NCBI GenBank assembly: GCA_964057225.1
Contig: OZ059899.1
Span: 18,042,001 to 18,106,000, forward strand
Length of the DNA stretch: 64,000 nt
Origin: Auanema rhodensis
Taxonomy: Eukaryota; Animalia; Nematoda
Direction of reading: 5' to 3'
Shown: positions 43,001 to 53,639 of the stretch, one piece after another
How positions within the stretch are numbered: position 1 is the first letter of the stretch
Layout: every line of letters begins with the position of its first letter
Program-made: the position numbers and the translations under genes
The notes under the pieces: generated by a model
Told to the model about the DNA's origin: nothing
What the model saw: the letters and a program-made list of their open reading frames with translations, nothing else
Databases searched by the model: none

Positions 43001-46000
43001 ATAAAGAGATGCGGTTTTCAAAATTAGATTCACCATGTCCATATTAGTCTAAAAACAAATTTTTATTGATATTGGTGCATGGTAACCATGACTTTGAAAT
43101 TTACGTGAACTTTAATTTATGCTACATAAATCTACACGTGATGTGCACTTGGTATGTAACTCGCTTCACGTGAAAGATAAAAAGATGCGGTTTTCAAAAT
43201 TAGATTCCCCATGTCCATATTAGTCTAAAAACAACTTTTTACTGATATTGGTGCATGGTAACCATGACTTTGAAATTTACGTGAACTTTAATTTATGCTA
43301 ATTAAACGTACACGTGGTGTGCACTCGGTATGTAACTCGCTTCACGTGTAAGATAAAGAGATGCGGTTTTCAAAATTAGATTCCCCATGTCCATATTAGT
43401 CTAAAAACAAATTTTTATTGATATTGGTGCATGGTAACCATGACTTTGAAATTTACGTGAACTTTAATTTATGCTAATTAAACGTACACGTGGTGTGCAC
43501 TCGGTATGTAACTCGCTTCACGTGTAAGATAAAGAGATGCGGTTTTCAAAATTAGATTCCCCATGTCCATATTAGTCTAAAAACAAATTTTTATTGATAT
43601 TGGTGCATGGTAACCATGACTTTGAAATTTACGTGAACTTTAATTTATGCTACATAAATCTACACGTGATGTGCAATTGGTATGTAACTCGCTTCACGTG
43701 AAAGATAAAAAGATGCGGTTTTTAAAATTAGATTCCCCATGTCCATATTAGTCTAAAAACAAATTTTTATTGATATTGGTGCATGGTAACCATGACTTTG
43801 AATTTTACGTGAACTTTAATTTATGCTAATTAAACGTACACGTGGTGTGCACTCGGTATGTAACTCGCTTCACGTGAAAGATAAAGAGATGCGGTTTTCA
43901 AAATTAGATTCCCCATGTCCATATTAGTCTAAAAACAAATTTTTATTGATATTGGTGCATGGTAACCATGACTTTGAAATTTACGTGAACTTTAATTTAT
44001 GCTACATAAATCTACACGTGATGTGCACTTGGTATGTAACTCGCTTCACGTGTAAGATAAAGAGATGCGGTTTTCGAAATTAGATTCCCCATGTCCATAT
44101 TAGTCTAAAAACAAATTTTTATTGATATTGGTGCATGGTAACCATGATTTTGAAATTTACGTGAACTTTAATTCATGCTAATTAAATGTACACGTGGTGT
44201 GCACTCGGTATGTAACTCGCTTCACGTGAAAGATAAAGAGATGCAGTTATCAAAATTAGATTCCCCATGTCCATATTAGTCTAAAAACAATTTTTTACTG
44301 ATATTGGTGCATGGTAACCATGATTTTGAAATTTACGTGAACTTTAATTTATGCTAATTAAACGTACACGTGATGTGCACTTGGTATGTAACTCGCTTCA
44401 CGTGAAAGATAAAGAGATGCGGTTTTTAAAATTAGATTCCCCATGTCCATATTAGTCTAAAAACAATTTTTTACTGATATTGGTGCATGGTAACCATGAC
44501 TTTGAAATTTACGTGAACTTTAATTTATGCTACATAAATCTACACGTGATGTGCAATTGGTATGTAACTCGCTTCACGTGAAAGATAAAAAGATGCGGTT
44601 TTTAAAATTAGATTCCCCATGTCCATATTAGTCTAAAAACAATTTTTTACTGATATTGGTGCATGGTAACCATGACTTTGAAATTTACGTGAACTTTAAT
44701 TTATGCTAATTAAACGTACACGTGGTATGCACTCGGTATGTAACTCGCTTCACGTGTAAGATAAAGAGATGCGGTTTTCGAAATTAGATTCCCCATGTCC
44801 ATATTAGTCTAAAAACAAATTTATATTGATATTGGTGCATGGTAACCATGATTTTGAAATTTACGTGAACTTTAATTCATGCTAATTAAATGTACACGTG
44901 GTGTGCACTCGGTATGTAACTCGCTTCACGTGAAAGATAAAGAGATGCAGTTATCAAAATTAGATTCCCCATGTCCATATTAGTCTAAAAACAATTTTTT
45001 ACTGATATTGGTGCATGGTAACCATGATTTTGAAATTTACGTGAACTTTAATTTATGCTAATTAAACGTACACGTGATGTGCACTTGGTATGTAACTCGC
45101 TTCACGTGAAAGATAAAGAGATGCGGTTTTTAAAATTAGATTCCCCATGTCCATATTAGTCTAAAAACAATTTTTTACTGATATTGGTGCATGGTAACCA
45201 TGATTTTGAAATTTACGTGAACTTTAATTTATGCTAATTAAACGTACACGTGGTGTGCACTCGGTATGTAACTCGCTTCACGTGAAAGATAAAGAGATGC
45301 GGTTCTCAAAATTAGATTCCCCATGTCCATATTAGTCTAATAACAAATTTTTATTGATATTGGTGCATGGTAACCATGACTTTGAAATTTACGTGAACTT
45401 TAATTTATGCTAATTAAACGTACACGTGGTGTGCACTCGGTATGTAACTCGCTTCACGTGAAAGATAAAGAGATGCGGTTTTCAAAATTAGATTCCCCAT
45501 GTCCATATTAGTCTAAAAACAAATTTTTATTGATATTGGTGCATGGTAACCATGACTTTGAAATTTACGTGAACTTTAATTTATGCTAATTAAACGTACA
45601 CGTGGTGTGCACTCGGTATGTAACTCGCTTCACGTGAAAGATAAAGAGATGCGGTTTTCAAAATTAGATTCCCCATGTCCATATTAGTCTAAAAACAAAT
45701 TTTTTTTGATATTGGTGCATGGTAACCATGATTTTGAAATTTACGTGAACTTTAATTTATGCTAATTAAATGTACACGTGGTGTGCACTTGGTATGTAAC
45801 TCGCTTCACGTGAAAGATAAAGAGATGCGGTTTTCAAAATTAGATTCCCCATGTCCATATTAGTCTAAAAACAAATTTTTATTGATATTGGTGCATGGTA
45901 ACCATGACTTTGAAATTTACGTGAACTTTAATTTATGCTAATTAAACGTACACGTGGTGTGCACTCGGTATGTAACTCGCTTCACGTGTAAGATAAAGAG

Positions 46001-48942
46001 ATGCGGTTTTCAAAATTAGATTCCCCATGTCCATATTAGTCTAAAAACAAATTTTTATTGATATTGGTGCATGGTAACCATGACTTTGAAATTTACGTGA
46101 ACTTTAATTTATGCTAATTAAACGTACACGTGGTGCGCACTCGGTATGTAACTCGCTTCACGTGTAAGATAAAGAGATGCGGTTTTCGAAATTAGATTCC
46201 CCATGTCCATATTAGTCTAAAAACAAATTTTTATTGATATTGGTGCATGGTAACCATGATTTTGAAATTTACGTGAACTTTAATTCATGCTAATTAAATG
46301 TACACGTGGTGTGCACTCGGTATGTAACTCGCTTCACGTGAAAGATAAAGAGATGCAGTTATCAAAATTAGATTCCCCATGTCCATATTAGTCTAAAAAC
46401 AATTTTTTACTGATATTGGTGCATGGTAACCATGATTTTGAAATTTACGTGAACTTTAATTTATGCTAATTAAACGTACACGTGATGTGCACTCGGTATG
46501 TAACTCGCTTCACGTGAAAGATAAAGAGATGCGGTTCTCAAAATTAGATTCCCCATGTCCATATTAGTCTAAAAACAATTTTTTACTGATATTGGTGCAT
46601 GGTAACCATGATTTTGAAATTTACGTGAACTTTAATTTATGCTAATTAAACGTACACGTGGTGTGCACTCGGTATGTAACTCGCTTCACGTGAAAGATAA
46701 AGAGATGCGGTTCTCAAAATTAGATTCCCCATGTCCATATTAGTCTAAAAACAAATTTTTATTGATATTGGTGCATGGTAACCATGACTTTGAAATTTAC
46801 GTGAACTTTAATTTATGCTAATTAAACGTACACGTGGTGTGCACTCGGTATGTAACTCGCTTCACGTGAAAGATAAAGAGATGCGGTTTTCAAAATTAGA
46901 TTCCCCATGTCCATATTAGTCTAAAAACAAATTTTTTTTGATATTGGTGCATGGTAACCATGATTTTGAAATTTACGTGAACTTTAATTTATGCTAATTA
47001 AATGTACACGTGGTGTGCACTTGGTATGTAACTCGCTTCACGTGAAAGATAAAGAGATGCGGTTTTCAAAATTAGATTCCCCATGTCCATATTAGTCTAA
47101 AAACAAATTTTTATTGATATTGGTGCATGGTAACCATGACTTTGAATTTTACGTGAACTTTAATTTATGCTAATTAAACGTACACGTGGTGTGCACTCGG
47201 TATGTAACTCGCTTCACGTGAAAGATAAAGAGATGCGGTTTTCAAAATTAGATTCCCCATGTCCATATTAGTCTAAAAACAAATTTTTATTGATATTGGT
47301 GCATGGTAACCATGACTTTGAAATTTACGTGAACTTTAATTTATGCTACATAAATCTACACGTGATGTGCAATTGGTATGTAACTCGCTTCACGTGAAAG
47401 ATAAAAAGATGCGGTTTTTAAAATTAGATTCCCCATGTCCATATTAGTCTAAAAACAATTTTTTACTGATATTGGTGCATGGTAACCATGACTTTGAAAT
47501 TTACGTGAACTTTAATTTATGCTAATTAAACGTACACGTGGTGTGCACTCGGTATGTAACTCGCTTCACGTGAAAGATAAAGAGATGCGGTTTTCAAAAT
47601 TAGATTCCCCATGTCCATATTAGTCTAAAAACAAATTTTTATTGATATTGGTGCATGGTAACCATGACTTTGAAATTTACGTGAACTTTAATTTATGCTA
47701 ATTAAACGTACACGTGGTGTGCACTCGGTATGTAACTCGCTTCACGTGAAAGATAAAGAGATGCGGTTTTCAAAATTAGATTCCCCATGTCCATATTAGT
47801 CTAAAAACAAATTTTTTTTGATATTGGTGCATGGTAACCATGATTTTGAAATTTACGTGAACTTTAATTTATGCTAATTAAATGTACACGTGGTGTGCAC
47901 TTGGTATGTAACTCGCTTCACGTGAAAGATAAAGAGATGCGGTTTTCAAAATTAGATTCCCCATGTCCATATTAGTCTAAAAACAAATTTTTATTGATAT
48001 TGGTGCATGGTAACCATGACTTTGAAATTTACGTGAACTTTAATTTATGCTAATTAAACGTACACGTGGTGTGCACTCGGTATGTAACTCGCTTCACGTG
48101 TAAGATAAAGAGATGCGGTTTTCAAAATTAGATTCCCCATGTCCATATTAGTCTAAAAACAAATTTTTATTGATATTGGTGCATGGTAACCATGACTTTG
48201 AAATTTACGTGAACTTTAATTTATGCTAATTAAACGTACACGTGGTGTGCACTCGGTATGTAACTCGCTTCACGTGTAAGATAAAGAGATGCGGTTTTCG
48301 AAATTAGATTCCCCATGTCCATATTAGTCTAAAAACAAATTTTTATTGATATTGGTGCATGGTAACCATGATTTTGAAATTTACGTGAACTTTAATTCAT
48401 GCTAATTAAATGTACACGTGGTGTGCACTCGGTATGTAACTCGCTTCACGTGAAAGATAAAGAGATGCAGTTATCAAAATTAGATTCCCCATGTCCATAT
48501 TAGTCTAAAAACAATTTTTTACTGATATTGGTGCATGGTAACCATGATTTTGAAATTTACGTGAACTTTAATTTATGCTAATTAAACGTACACGTGATGT
48601 GCACTCGGTATGTAACTCGCTTCACGTGAAAGATAAAGAGATGCGGTTCTCAAAATTAGATTCCCCATGTCCATATTAGTCTAAAAACAATTTTTTACTG
48701 ATATTGGTGCATGGTAACCATGATTTTGAAATTTACGTGAACTTTAATTTATGCTAATTAAACGTACACGTGGTGTGCACTCGGTATGTAACTCGCTTCA
48801 CGTGAAAGATAAAGAGATGCGGTTCTCAAAATTAGATTCCCCATGTCCATATTAGTCTAAAAACAAATTTTTATTGATATTGGTGCATGGTAACCATGAC
48901 TTTGAAATTTACGTGAACTTTAATTTATGCTAATTAAACGTA

Positions 48943-48947
48943 CACGT
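48943..48947 (+). repeat. Target-site duplication, left copy (CACGT)
   Basis: The satellite reads ...TTAAACGTACACGT and then switches to non-satellite sequence. The same CACGT restarts the satellite at 53635. Confidence 0.88.
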
Positions 48948-48953
48948 TTAATG

Positions 48954-48959
48954 TTTATT
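48954..48959 (-). promoter_or_regulatory. AATAAA polyadenylation-signal-like motif at the element 3' end
   Basis: Plus-strand TTTATT. The minus strand ends ...GATATTGAACAATAAACATTAA followed by target sequence. Confidence 0.5.
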
Positions 48960-49435
48960 GTTCAATATCACAGGTTAAGACAGTAGCTGTTAAGTCATGG
49001 AGTGAAAAAATCAAGAACCATTCAATAAGAACATAAAAAAGGACTTTTAATATTGTAAGTTCGATAAGAGCTCGCTTATCTATGATCAATAGTGAACAGT
49101 CTGCCAAATAAAATTCTTGCTGTATGCTTGGGGTTTGTTCAGCACAATGGCTGACCTCACTAATGTGGTTGTTAGGTACGGTGGTACTCGTGATGTGAGG
49201 CAAGCCCGTTCTAGCAATTTGGAGGTAACTAGCGTCCGATCCGTATGACTAATGTCTATAGGAATAGTGACGAAGTAACAATTATTGAGAAGGGACAAAG
49301 AAAAATAGATGGTAGACTGTTGCCATGTGGTCATAGAGAAGTGTAAAAAAATACGAACTACAAATAAAAAGGAGCCTGATAAAAGAAAAAAAAATAGTTT
49401 TTCGAGAGGTGAGAACATTAATTACAATGGATGGT

Positions 49436-52400
49436 TTACAAATCAATTGGAGCAGAGAGTAGGTGTTTTTTAAAATTATGAACATTAGTAAGGTTGATAA
49501 GGTTTTCAGGTAGATCGTTCCATGTTTTGATGCTTCTGTACTCAATACCATTTCTTGTCGCCTTTTTCCGAAGCTCGGGATAGTCGATATTCCATTGGTG
49601 TCTGCGAAGAGAGTGGGTGAAATGTTTAATTTGAAAAATTCTTAAAATACTGTCCGTTGATACGTCTTTAATTTGAGAGAAATAGAAACCTAGATCAGTT
49701 ACCTGTCTCCTGGTTGATAGTTCTTGAGCATTCAAAAAAGTGAGCTGACTTTTGTAGTCGGAAAAAATTCCTGCTCTTGAGAAGACTGCTCGCAAGAATT
49801 TTTTTTGAACCATCTCAATACGAGATATTTTTTTAGATACTTGGGGAGACCATATCACGGATGCATATTCAAGGATTGGTCGAACGTAGCTGCAAAAAAG
49901 GTTGAACATAAATGAAGGTGATCTAGAGTAGAAGCAACGTAGAAGGATGCGACATTTCAGAGCTGCGGCGCAAGAGATGGCGTTTATGTGACAATCAAAT
50001 GTTAGATTGTTATCAGTTAAGACTCCAAGGTCTTTATAATGAGGTACAAAGTCTAAAGGAAACTCACCAAAGGTAAATGGCTCGGTGGGGTTGAGGGTTG
50101 AGCTATTATTGCACACAATCATAATTTTGGATTTGGTGGTGTTGACCATCATTCCATTATTTTTGCACCAGGCGTTGATTGTGTTTAAGGCAATCTGTAG
50201 ACTTACCGGATTAGTACTGTATAGTTTGAGATCATCGGCAAAAAGTGTAGGATGAACGTCTTCAGGGAGAGAAGACGTAATGTCATTAATGTAGAAAAGG
50301 AATAGAAGAGGACCGAGAACAGTGCCTTGTGGGACACCACAAGATAAGTTTACAGAAGTAGAAAGAGAACCATTGACAAGAACTGAGTAAGATCTGCCAG
50401 TGATGAAGTTTTTGAGAAAAGTTTGAAGAGAACCGCAGATACCAATGGTTTTAAATTTGTGGAAAAGAACCGAGTGATCAATTAGATCAAAAGCTTTAGA
50501 GAAGTCTATAAAAGCAGTATAGACTGGAATGTTTTTATCCAAACATGATCTCCAGGCAATATGATTGTTAATGATTGCTGATATGGTATTACGTTTAGGA
50601 AGAAAAGCGTGCTGGTGAGCAGATATAGATCCAGTAGAAATGCCAAAGTGGAGGAGCGGGGGTGAAATGAGTCGCTCAAAAACTTTGGAAAGACTTGGTG
50701 TTAATGATATAGGGCGATAGTTTGAAGGATTAGAGCGATTTCCGGATTTGAAAACAGGACGGATCCAAGCTTTCTTCCAGTCCGGAGGGCATGAAGAAGA
50801 AACGAGTAAATTGTGAAAAATGAAGGCAAGTGGGTAGCAAAGAGTAGAGGCGCACTGATTAAGAAAGTAGTAGGGAATGCCATCAGAAGAAGTAGAAACT
50901 CTGAGAGGAAGATGAGAAAGAACTTTATAGACTTTTTCGGGAGAAATGTCTATAAAATCAATGATAGAGGAAGGGCGAGAGGAGCTGTTGATTAAATCCG
51001 ATGAAATACTTGGTTTGACAGAAAAAGAGCTTGCAAAAATGGAAGCTTTTTCTGTGTCTGTCGAGTATATTTCTTCACCAAGTCTAATCGTGGGGATATC
51101 TGAAGAGCAACCACCGAGACGAGTTCTACAGAAGCGATAAAAAAGTTTGGGGTTATTGGTTGAAGCAATGTGTTCTTCTTCCAAAATAGACTTTTGTTTA
51201 ATAAGTCTATCTAGTTTTATAGTTAGTTTTTTGCGGAGAAGCTCGTCACGGTGGCAAATAGATGAACTGAGCCTTTTGATGTAACAGTAGAGATCCGCAA
51301 TATTGCGGTCAACTTTTTTTCTACGCCTAGGTTGTTTGTGAGGAACGAATACAGAGATTATGGATTGTAGGATGTTGGTGAATTTGGAGTAAGAGTCAAG
51401 AGGGGAAAGACCAGATAATACCAAAGAAAAGTCGATGCTGACAAGATGGCGATTGATGGCATTGAAGTCGGCTCGATAGAAATTGAGTTGAGAAAAGTTG
51501 GAAAGTGAGGAGGTATTGAAGAATGTATTGGAAGAGAAAGGAAGGGTATCCAGAGGGGATACAGGGGTGTTGATGATGATGGAGAATGTAACCGAGAAGT
51601 GATCGGAGTTACCCAATGGAGGGGAGCGTGATATATTAGATATGATTGAAGGATTGTTTGTGATAAGGTAGTCTAAGATGTTGTTACCACGTGTAGGAAA
51701 ATTGACAAGTTGATCAGAGTGACTACTTTGGAGAAATTGAATAATTGATTTACTAGAAGGAGATGAGAGTGAGGACTGAAGAAGATCCCAATTGATATTA
51801 GGAAAGTTCAGGTCACCCGTAATAAAGAAAGAGCGGTTAGAAATATGACCATTGAGATCAGAAAGATAAGAACAAAAATCAGAGTGAGAAGCAGTAGGGG
51901 AACGATAACAAACGGAGAAAACCGAGTTGTTAGAGGGTAGAAAGATGGTAACATATTGAACCGATGAAGAGAGGGGTGAGGAGGAGAGTAAAATTGAGTT
52001 AATTTGTTTTTTTAAGAACAAAAGAGTACCACCGCCGCGTGAAGAATGCTTGTCTGCTCTGAATATGTTGTAATGATCATTTAGAGGAAGATGATCAGAA
52101 GAAAAATCAGAAAACAGCCAAGATTCCGATATGGCGATGATATCAGGGGATGAGATAGAATGAATGATTGTGAGGAAATGAAGTTTATTGAGAATAGAAC
52201 GTGCATTGTAACAGTGGACTGATAGTTTAACAGGGACATGAGAAGAAAGCAAGCATGGTGAAGAAGCGGTTTTAACGAAAGGACATGTTGTTACAGGACC
52301 GAGATAAAGATGTTGTATCGGATCCGCTTCTTGATCTAGTAGGAAGTTCGGCAGTAGGCTTAACAGAGCGTGGTGGATTCTTTCTTCTTCTTGGGCTAAT

Positions 52401-52519
52401 AGAAGATTTTTTCTCCAGAGAAAGAATTTTTGACCTGCCAGTTGAGCGACTATTCCTACTAGATTTAAAAGGGGGGCTAGATATAACACCAGTATCAATA
52501 TTGGACGGACATTGGACAT
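49436..52519 (-). CDS. LINE ORF2: apurinic-like endonuclease (APE/EEP) plus reverse transcriptase, 1027 aa
   Basis: APE motifs: YNARS, DIIAISESWL, RADK..RGGG, YRSP, GDLNFP, PTRGNNILD, SDH. RT motifs: NYRPISLT, QHAF, DFSKAFD, GVPQGTVLGPLLF, FADD, DLGV. No stops or frameshifts. The true start is uncertain because the first 83 codons overlap ORF1. Confidence 0.96.
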   Translation of the reverse strand: MSNVRPILILVLYLAPLLNLVGIVAQLAGQKFFLWRKNLLLAQEEERIHHALLSLLPNFLLDQEADPIQHLYLGPVTTCPFVKTASSPCLLSSHVPVKLSVHCYNARSILNKLHFLTIIHSISSPDIIAISESWLFSDFSSDHLPLNDHYNIFRADKHSSRGGGTLLFLKKQINSILLSSSPLSSSVQYVTIFLPSNNSVFSVCYRSPTASHSDFCSYLSDLNGHISNRSFFITGDLNFPNINWDLLQSSLSSPSSKSIIQFLQSSHSDQLVNFPTRGNNILDYLITNNPSIISNISRSPPLGNSDHFSVTFSIIINTPVSPLDTLPFSSNTFFNTSSLSNFSQLNFYRADFNAINRHLVSIDFSLVLSGLSPLDSYSKFTNILQSIISVFVPHKQPRRRKKVDRNIADLYCYIKRLSSSICHRDELLRKKLTIKLDRLIKQKSILEEEHIASTNNPKLFYRFCRTRLGGCSSDIPTIRLGEEIYSTDTEKASIFASSFSVKPSISSDLINSSSRPSSIIDFIDISPEKVYKVLSHLPLRVSTSSDGIPYYFLNQCASTLCYPLAFIFHNLLVSSSCPPDWKKAWIRPVFKSGNRSNPSNYRPISLTPSLSKVFERLISPPLLHFGISTGSISAHQHAFLPKRNTISAIINNHIAWRSCLDKNIPVYTAFIDFSKAFDLIDHSVLFHKFKTIGICGSLQTFLKNFITGRSYSVLVNGSLSTSVNLSCGVPQGTVLGPLLFLFYINDITSSLPEDVHPTLFADDLKLYSTNPVSLQIALNTINAWCKNNGMMVNTTKSKIMIVCNNSSTLNPTEPFTFGEFPLDFVPHYKDLGVLTDNNLTFDCHINAISCAAALKCRILLRCFYSRSPSFMFNLFCSYVRPILEYASVIWSPQVSKKISRIEMVQKKFLRAVFSRAGIFSDYKSQLTFLNAQELSTRRQVTDLGFYFSQIKDVSTDSILRIFQIKHFTHSLRRHQWNIDYPELRKKATRNGIEYRSIKTWNDLPENLINLTNVHNFKKHLLSAPIDL

Positions 52520-53312
52520 TTGAATTGGACTTAGAAACAGTAGAAGTATTTAGAGAAACGTGTGGAGTAGAAGTGGTTGAACGGGCAGTTGGTTTACGTG
52601 GAATCTTTATAAGTTTGAGATCGCGTACAATGAAAAGTGATTCACTATTATCCAAATTTTTCGCTTTTGCTTCTTCGCGCAGTTTTTTTTCAAGATCTAC
52701 CTCGAAGGGAAGATAATCGCGACGAATAAACGTTTTAGACAAGCTTTCAAAACATTTAGCTTTGTTTGTCCTAATGGTTTCAATGATTTTGTCACGTAAA
52801 TCAACTGTTGAACATGAAATAATGAGAGGGCCTGGAGAATTAGATTTGAGAGTTGAGCGAGTAATGGTTATTTGGTTGCTGTTAATCAAAGAAATCAAGG
52901 TGTCATCATTAGACTTTCCAGCTATAAGTTTGAGAAGGGCGGTAGGGTCCGAGGGAAACTCAGATGAATCGTGAGGAACCCTAAACCAAACCGCTCTTTT
53001 CAAGCGATAAGAATACCTTGATTCCTCAGATCGAACTTTTTGAACATGACACATAATACTGGTAGAAGTGGTTTGAGAAGGAGAAGAGGCATTGAAAGTT
53101 GGAACATTTAGGAGTTGTTGCTCTAAAGTATCGATACGTGATTTGAGGTTTGTTTCGATAGTTTTGATACGAGCTTCATTAGCTGCTACATTGATTTTAA
53201 TACTGTTGAGTTCGTTTTTGATGTCAGATGAAAGTTGAGAGAAAGATTCTCGGAAAGATTTGGAAAGAGACTCGAGAGCATCAGTAAAGAAATCTTTTGT
53301 AACAGCTGTCAT
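52272..53312 (-). CDS. LINE ORF1 protein (putative coiled-coil plus RRM/CTD-like nucleic-acid chaperone), 346 aa
   Basis: Lies upstream of ORF2 on the same strand. N-terminal heptad-like region (LSSDIKNELNSIKINVAANEARIKTIETNLKSRIDTLEQQL), a RAVWFRVP motif, an FIRRDYLPFEVDLEKKLREEAKAKN...IVRDL block resembling CR1-type ORF1 C-terminal domains, and a Ser/Arg-rich basic tail. Confidence 0.88.
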   Translation of the reverse strand: MTAVTKDFFTDALESLSKSFRESFSQLSSDIKNELNSIKINVAANEARIKTIETNLKSRIDTLEQQLLNVPTFNASSPSQTTSTSIMCHVQKVRSEESRYSYRLKRAVWFRVPHDSSEFPSDPTALLKLIAGKSNDDTLISLINSNQITITRSTLKSNSPGPLIISCSTVDLRDKIIETIRTNKAKCFESLSKTFIRRDYLPFEVDLEKKLREEAKAKNLDNSESLFIVRDLKLIKIPRKPTARSTTSTPHVSLNTSTVSKSNSNVQCPSNIDTGVISSPPFKSSRNSRSTGRSKILSLEKKSSISPRRRKNPPRSVKPTAELPTRSRSGSDTTSLSRSCNNMSFR

Positions 53313-53535
53313 ATTGAGAAAAAAGATAAGATTAAGAAACAGAAAAATAAGAAAAAAGAATGTAAAGACAGTGGTATAAAGAAGTGAAAGACAATAAATA
53401 ACAAAGTAAAAGACAGAAAGGACAGAGAGAATTGGAAAAGAGAGAGAGTAATAAAATAGAAGAGATAAAAGAAAAAGAACAAGAAAAAAAAATGAAAGAA
53501 CTAAGAAAGCGTACCTTTAAGAACCAGTCCGACGA
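53313..53535 (-). other. LINE 5' UTR, strongly pyrimidine-rich on the sense strand
   Basis: The plus strand is mostly A/G from 53313 to about 53510. It lies between the ORF1 ATG and the 5' repeat array. Confidence 0.7.
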
Positions 53536-53630
53536 AATGAGGTCACGGCGCGGAATGAGGTCACGGCGCGGAATGAGGTCACGGCGCGGGAATGAGGTCA
53601 CGGCGCGGGAATGAGGTCACGGCGCGGGAA
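53536..53630 (-). repeat. 5'-terminal tandem array of the LINE: 2x18 bp plus 3x19 bp (plus strand AATGAGGTCACGGCGCGG[G]); candidate internal promoter
   Basis: Units start at 53536, 53554, 53572, 53591 and 53610, followed by AA (start of a sixth unit). This is the only GC/CpG-rich island in the window. The promoter role is inferred from position. Confidence 0.9.
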
Positions 53631-53634
53631 AGTG

Positions 53635-53639
53635 CACGT
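53635..53639 (+). repeat. Target-site duplication, right copy (CACGT)
   Basis: The satellite resumes as CACGTGGTGTGCACTCGG at 53635. Confidence 0.88.

Larger units (their letters stand above)
6427..48947. repeat. Tandem satellite B, 176-bp monomer, about 241 copies (left block)
   Basis: CATATTAGTCTAAAAAC recurs at 6431, 6607 and onward with period 176. Consensus: CCCCATGTCCATATTAGTCTAAAAACAAATTTTTATTGATATTGGTGCATGGTAACCATGAYTTTGAAATTTACGTGAACTTTAATTTATGCTAATTAAAYGTACACGTGRTGTGCACTYGGTATGTAACTCGCTTCACGTGAAAGATAAAGAGATGCGGTTTTCAAAATTAGATT. Two 177-bp monomers (extra T) occur near 22645 and 27220. Confidence 0.99.
48948..53634 (-). mobile_element. Full-length or near full-length non-LTR retrotransposon (LINE), CR1 clade/CR1-L2 group, about 4.69 kb
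   Basis: Unique sequence interrupting the satellite in phase, with a 5-bp TSD. It has two intact minus-strand ORFs (ORF1; APE endonuclease plus reverse transcriptase), a 5' tandem array, a 488-bp 3' UTR, and no LTRs, integrase or recognisable RNase H. The C-terminal motifs YVRPILEYAS..WSP, IEMVQKKF and WNDLP are typical of CR1-like ORF2. Confidence 0.95.

Noticed and set aside
48955-49551. Short minus-strand ORFs (82, 110, 89 aa) in the LINE 3' region as a possible ORF3
   Set aside because: They overlap each other in different frames, have no motifs and show compositional bias typical of a T-rich UTR.
50701-52974. Antisense and alternate-frame ORFs inside ORF1/ORF2 (60-143 aa)
   Set aside because: Shadow ORFs of the real coding frames.
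53332-53614. ORFs spanning the 5' UTR and tandem array (RRDLIP repeats; E/K-rich antisense ORF)
   Set aside because: Products of the 18-bp repeats and the purine/pyrimidine-skewed UTR. A uORF role cannot be excluded but has no support.
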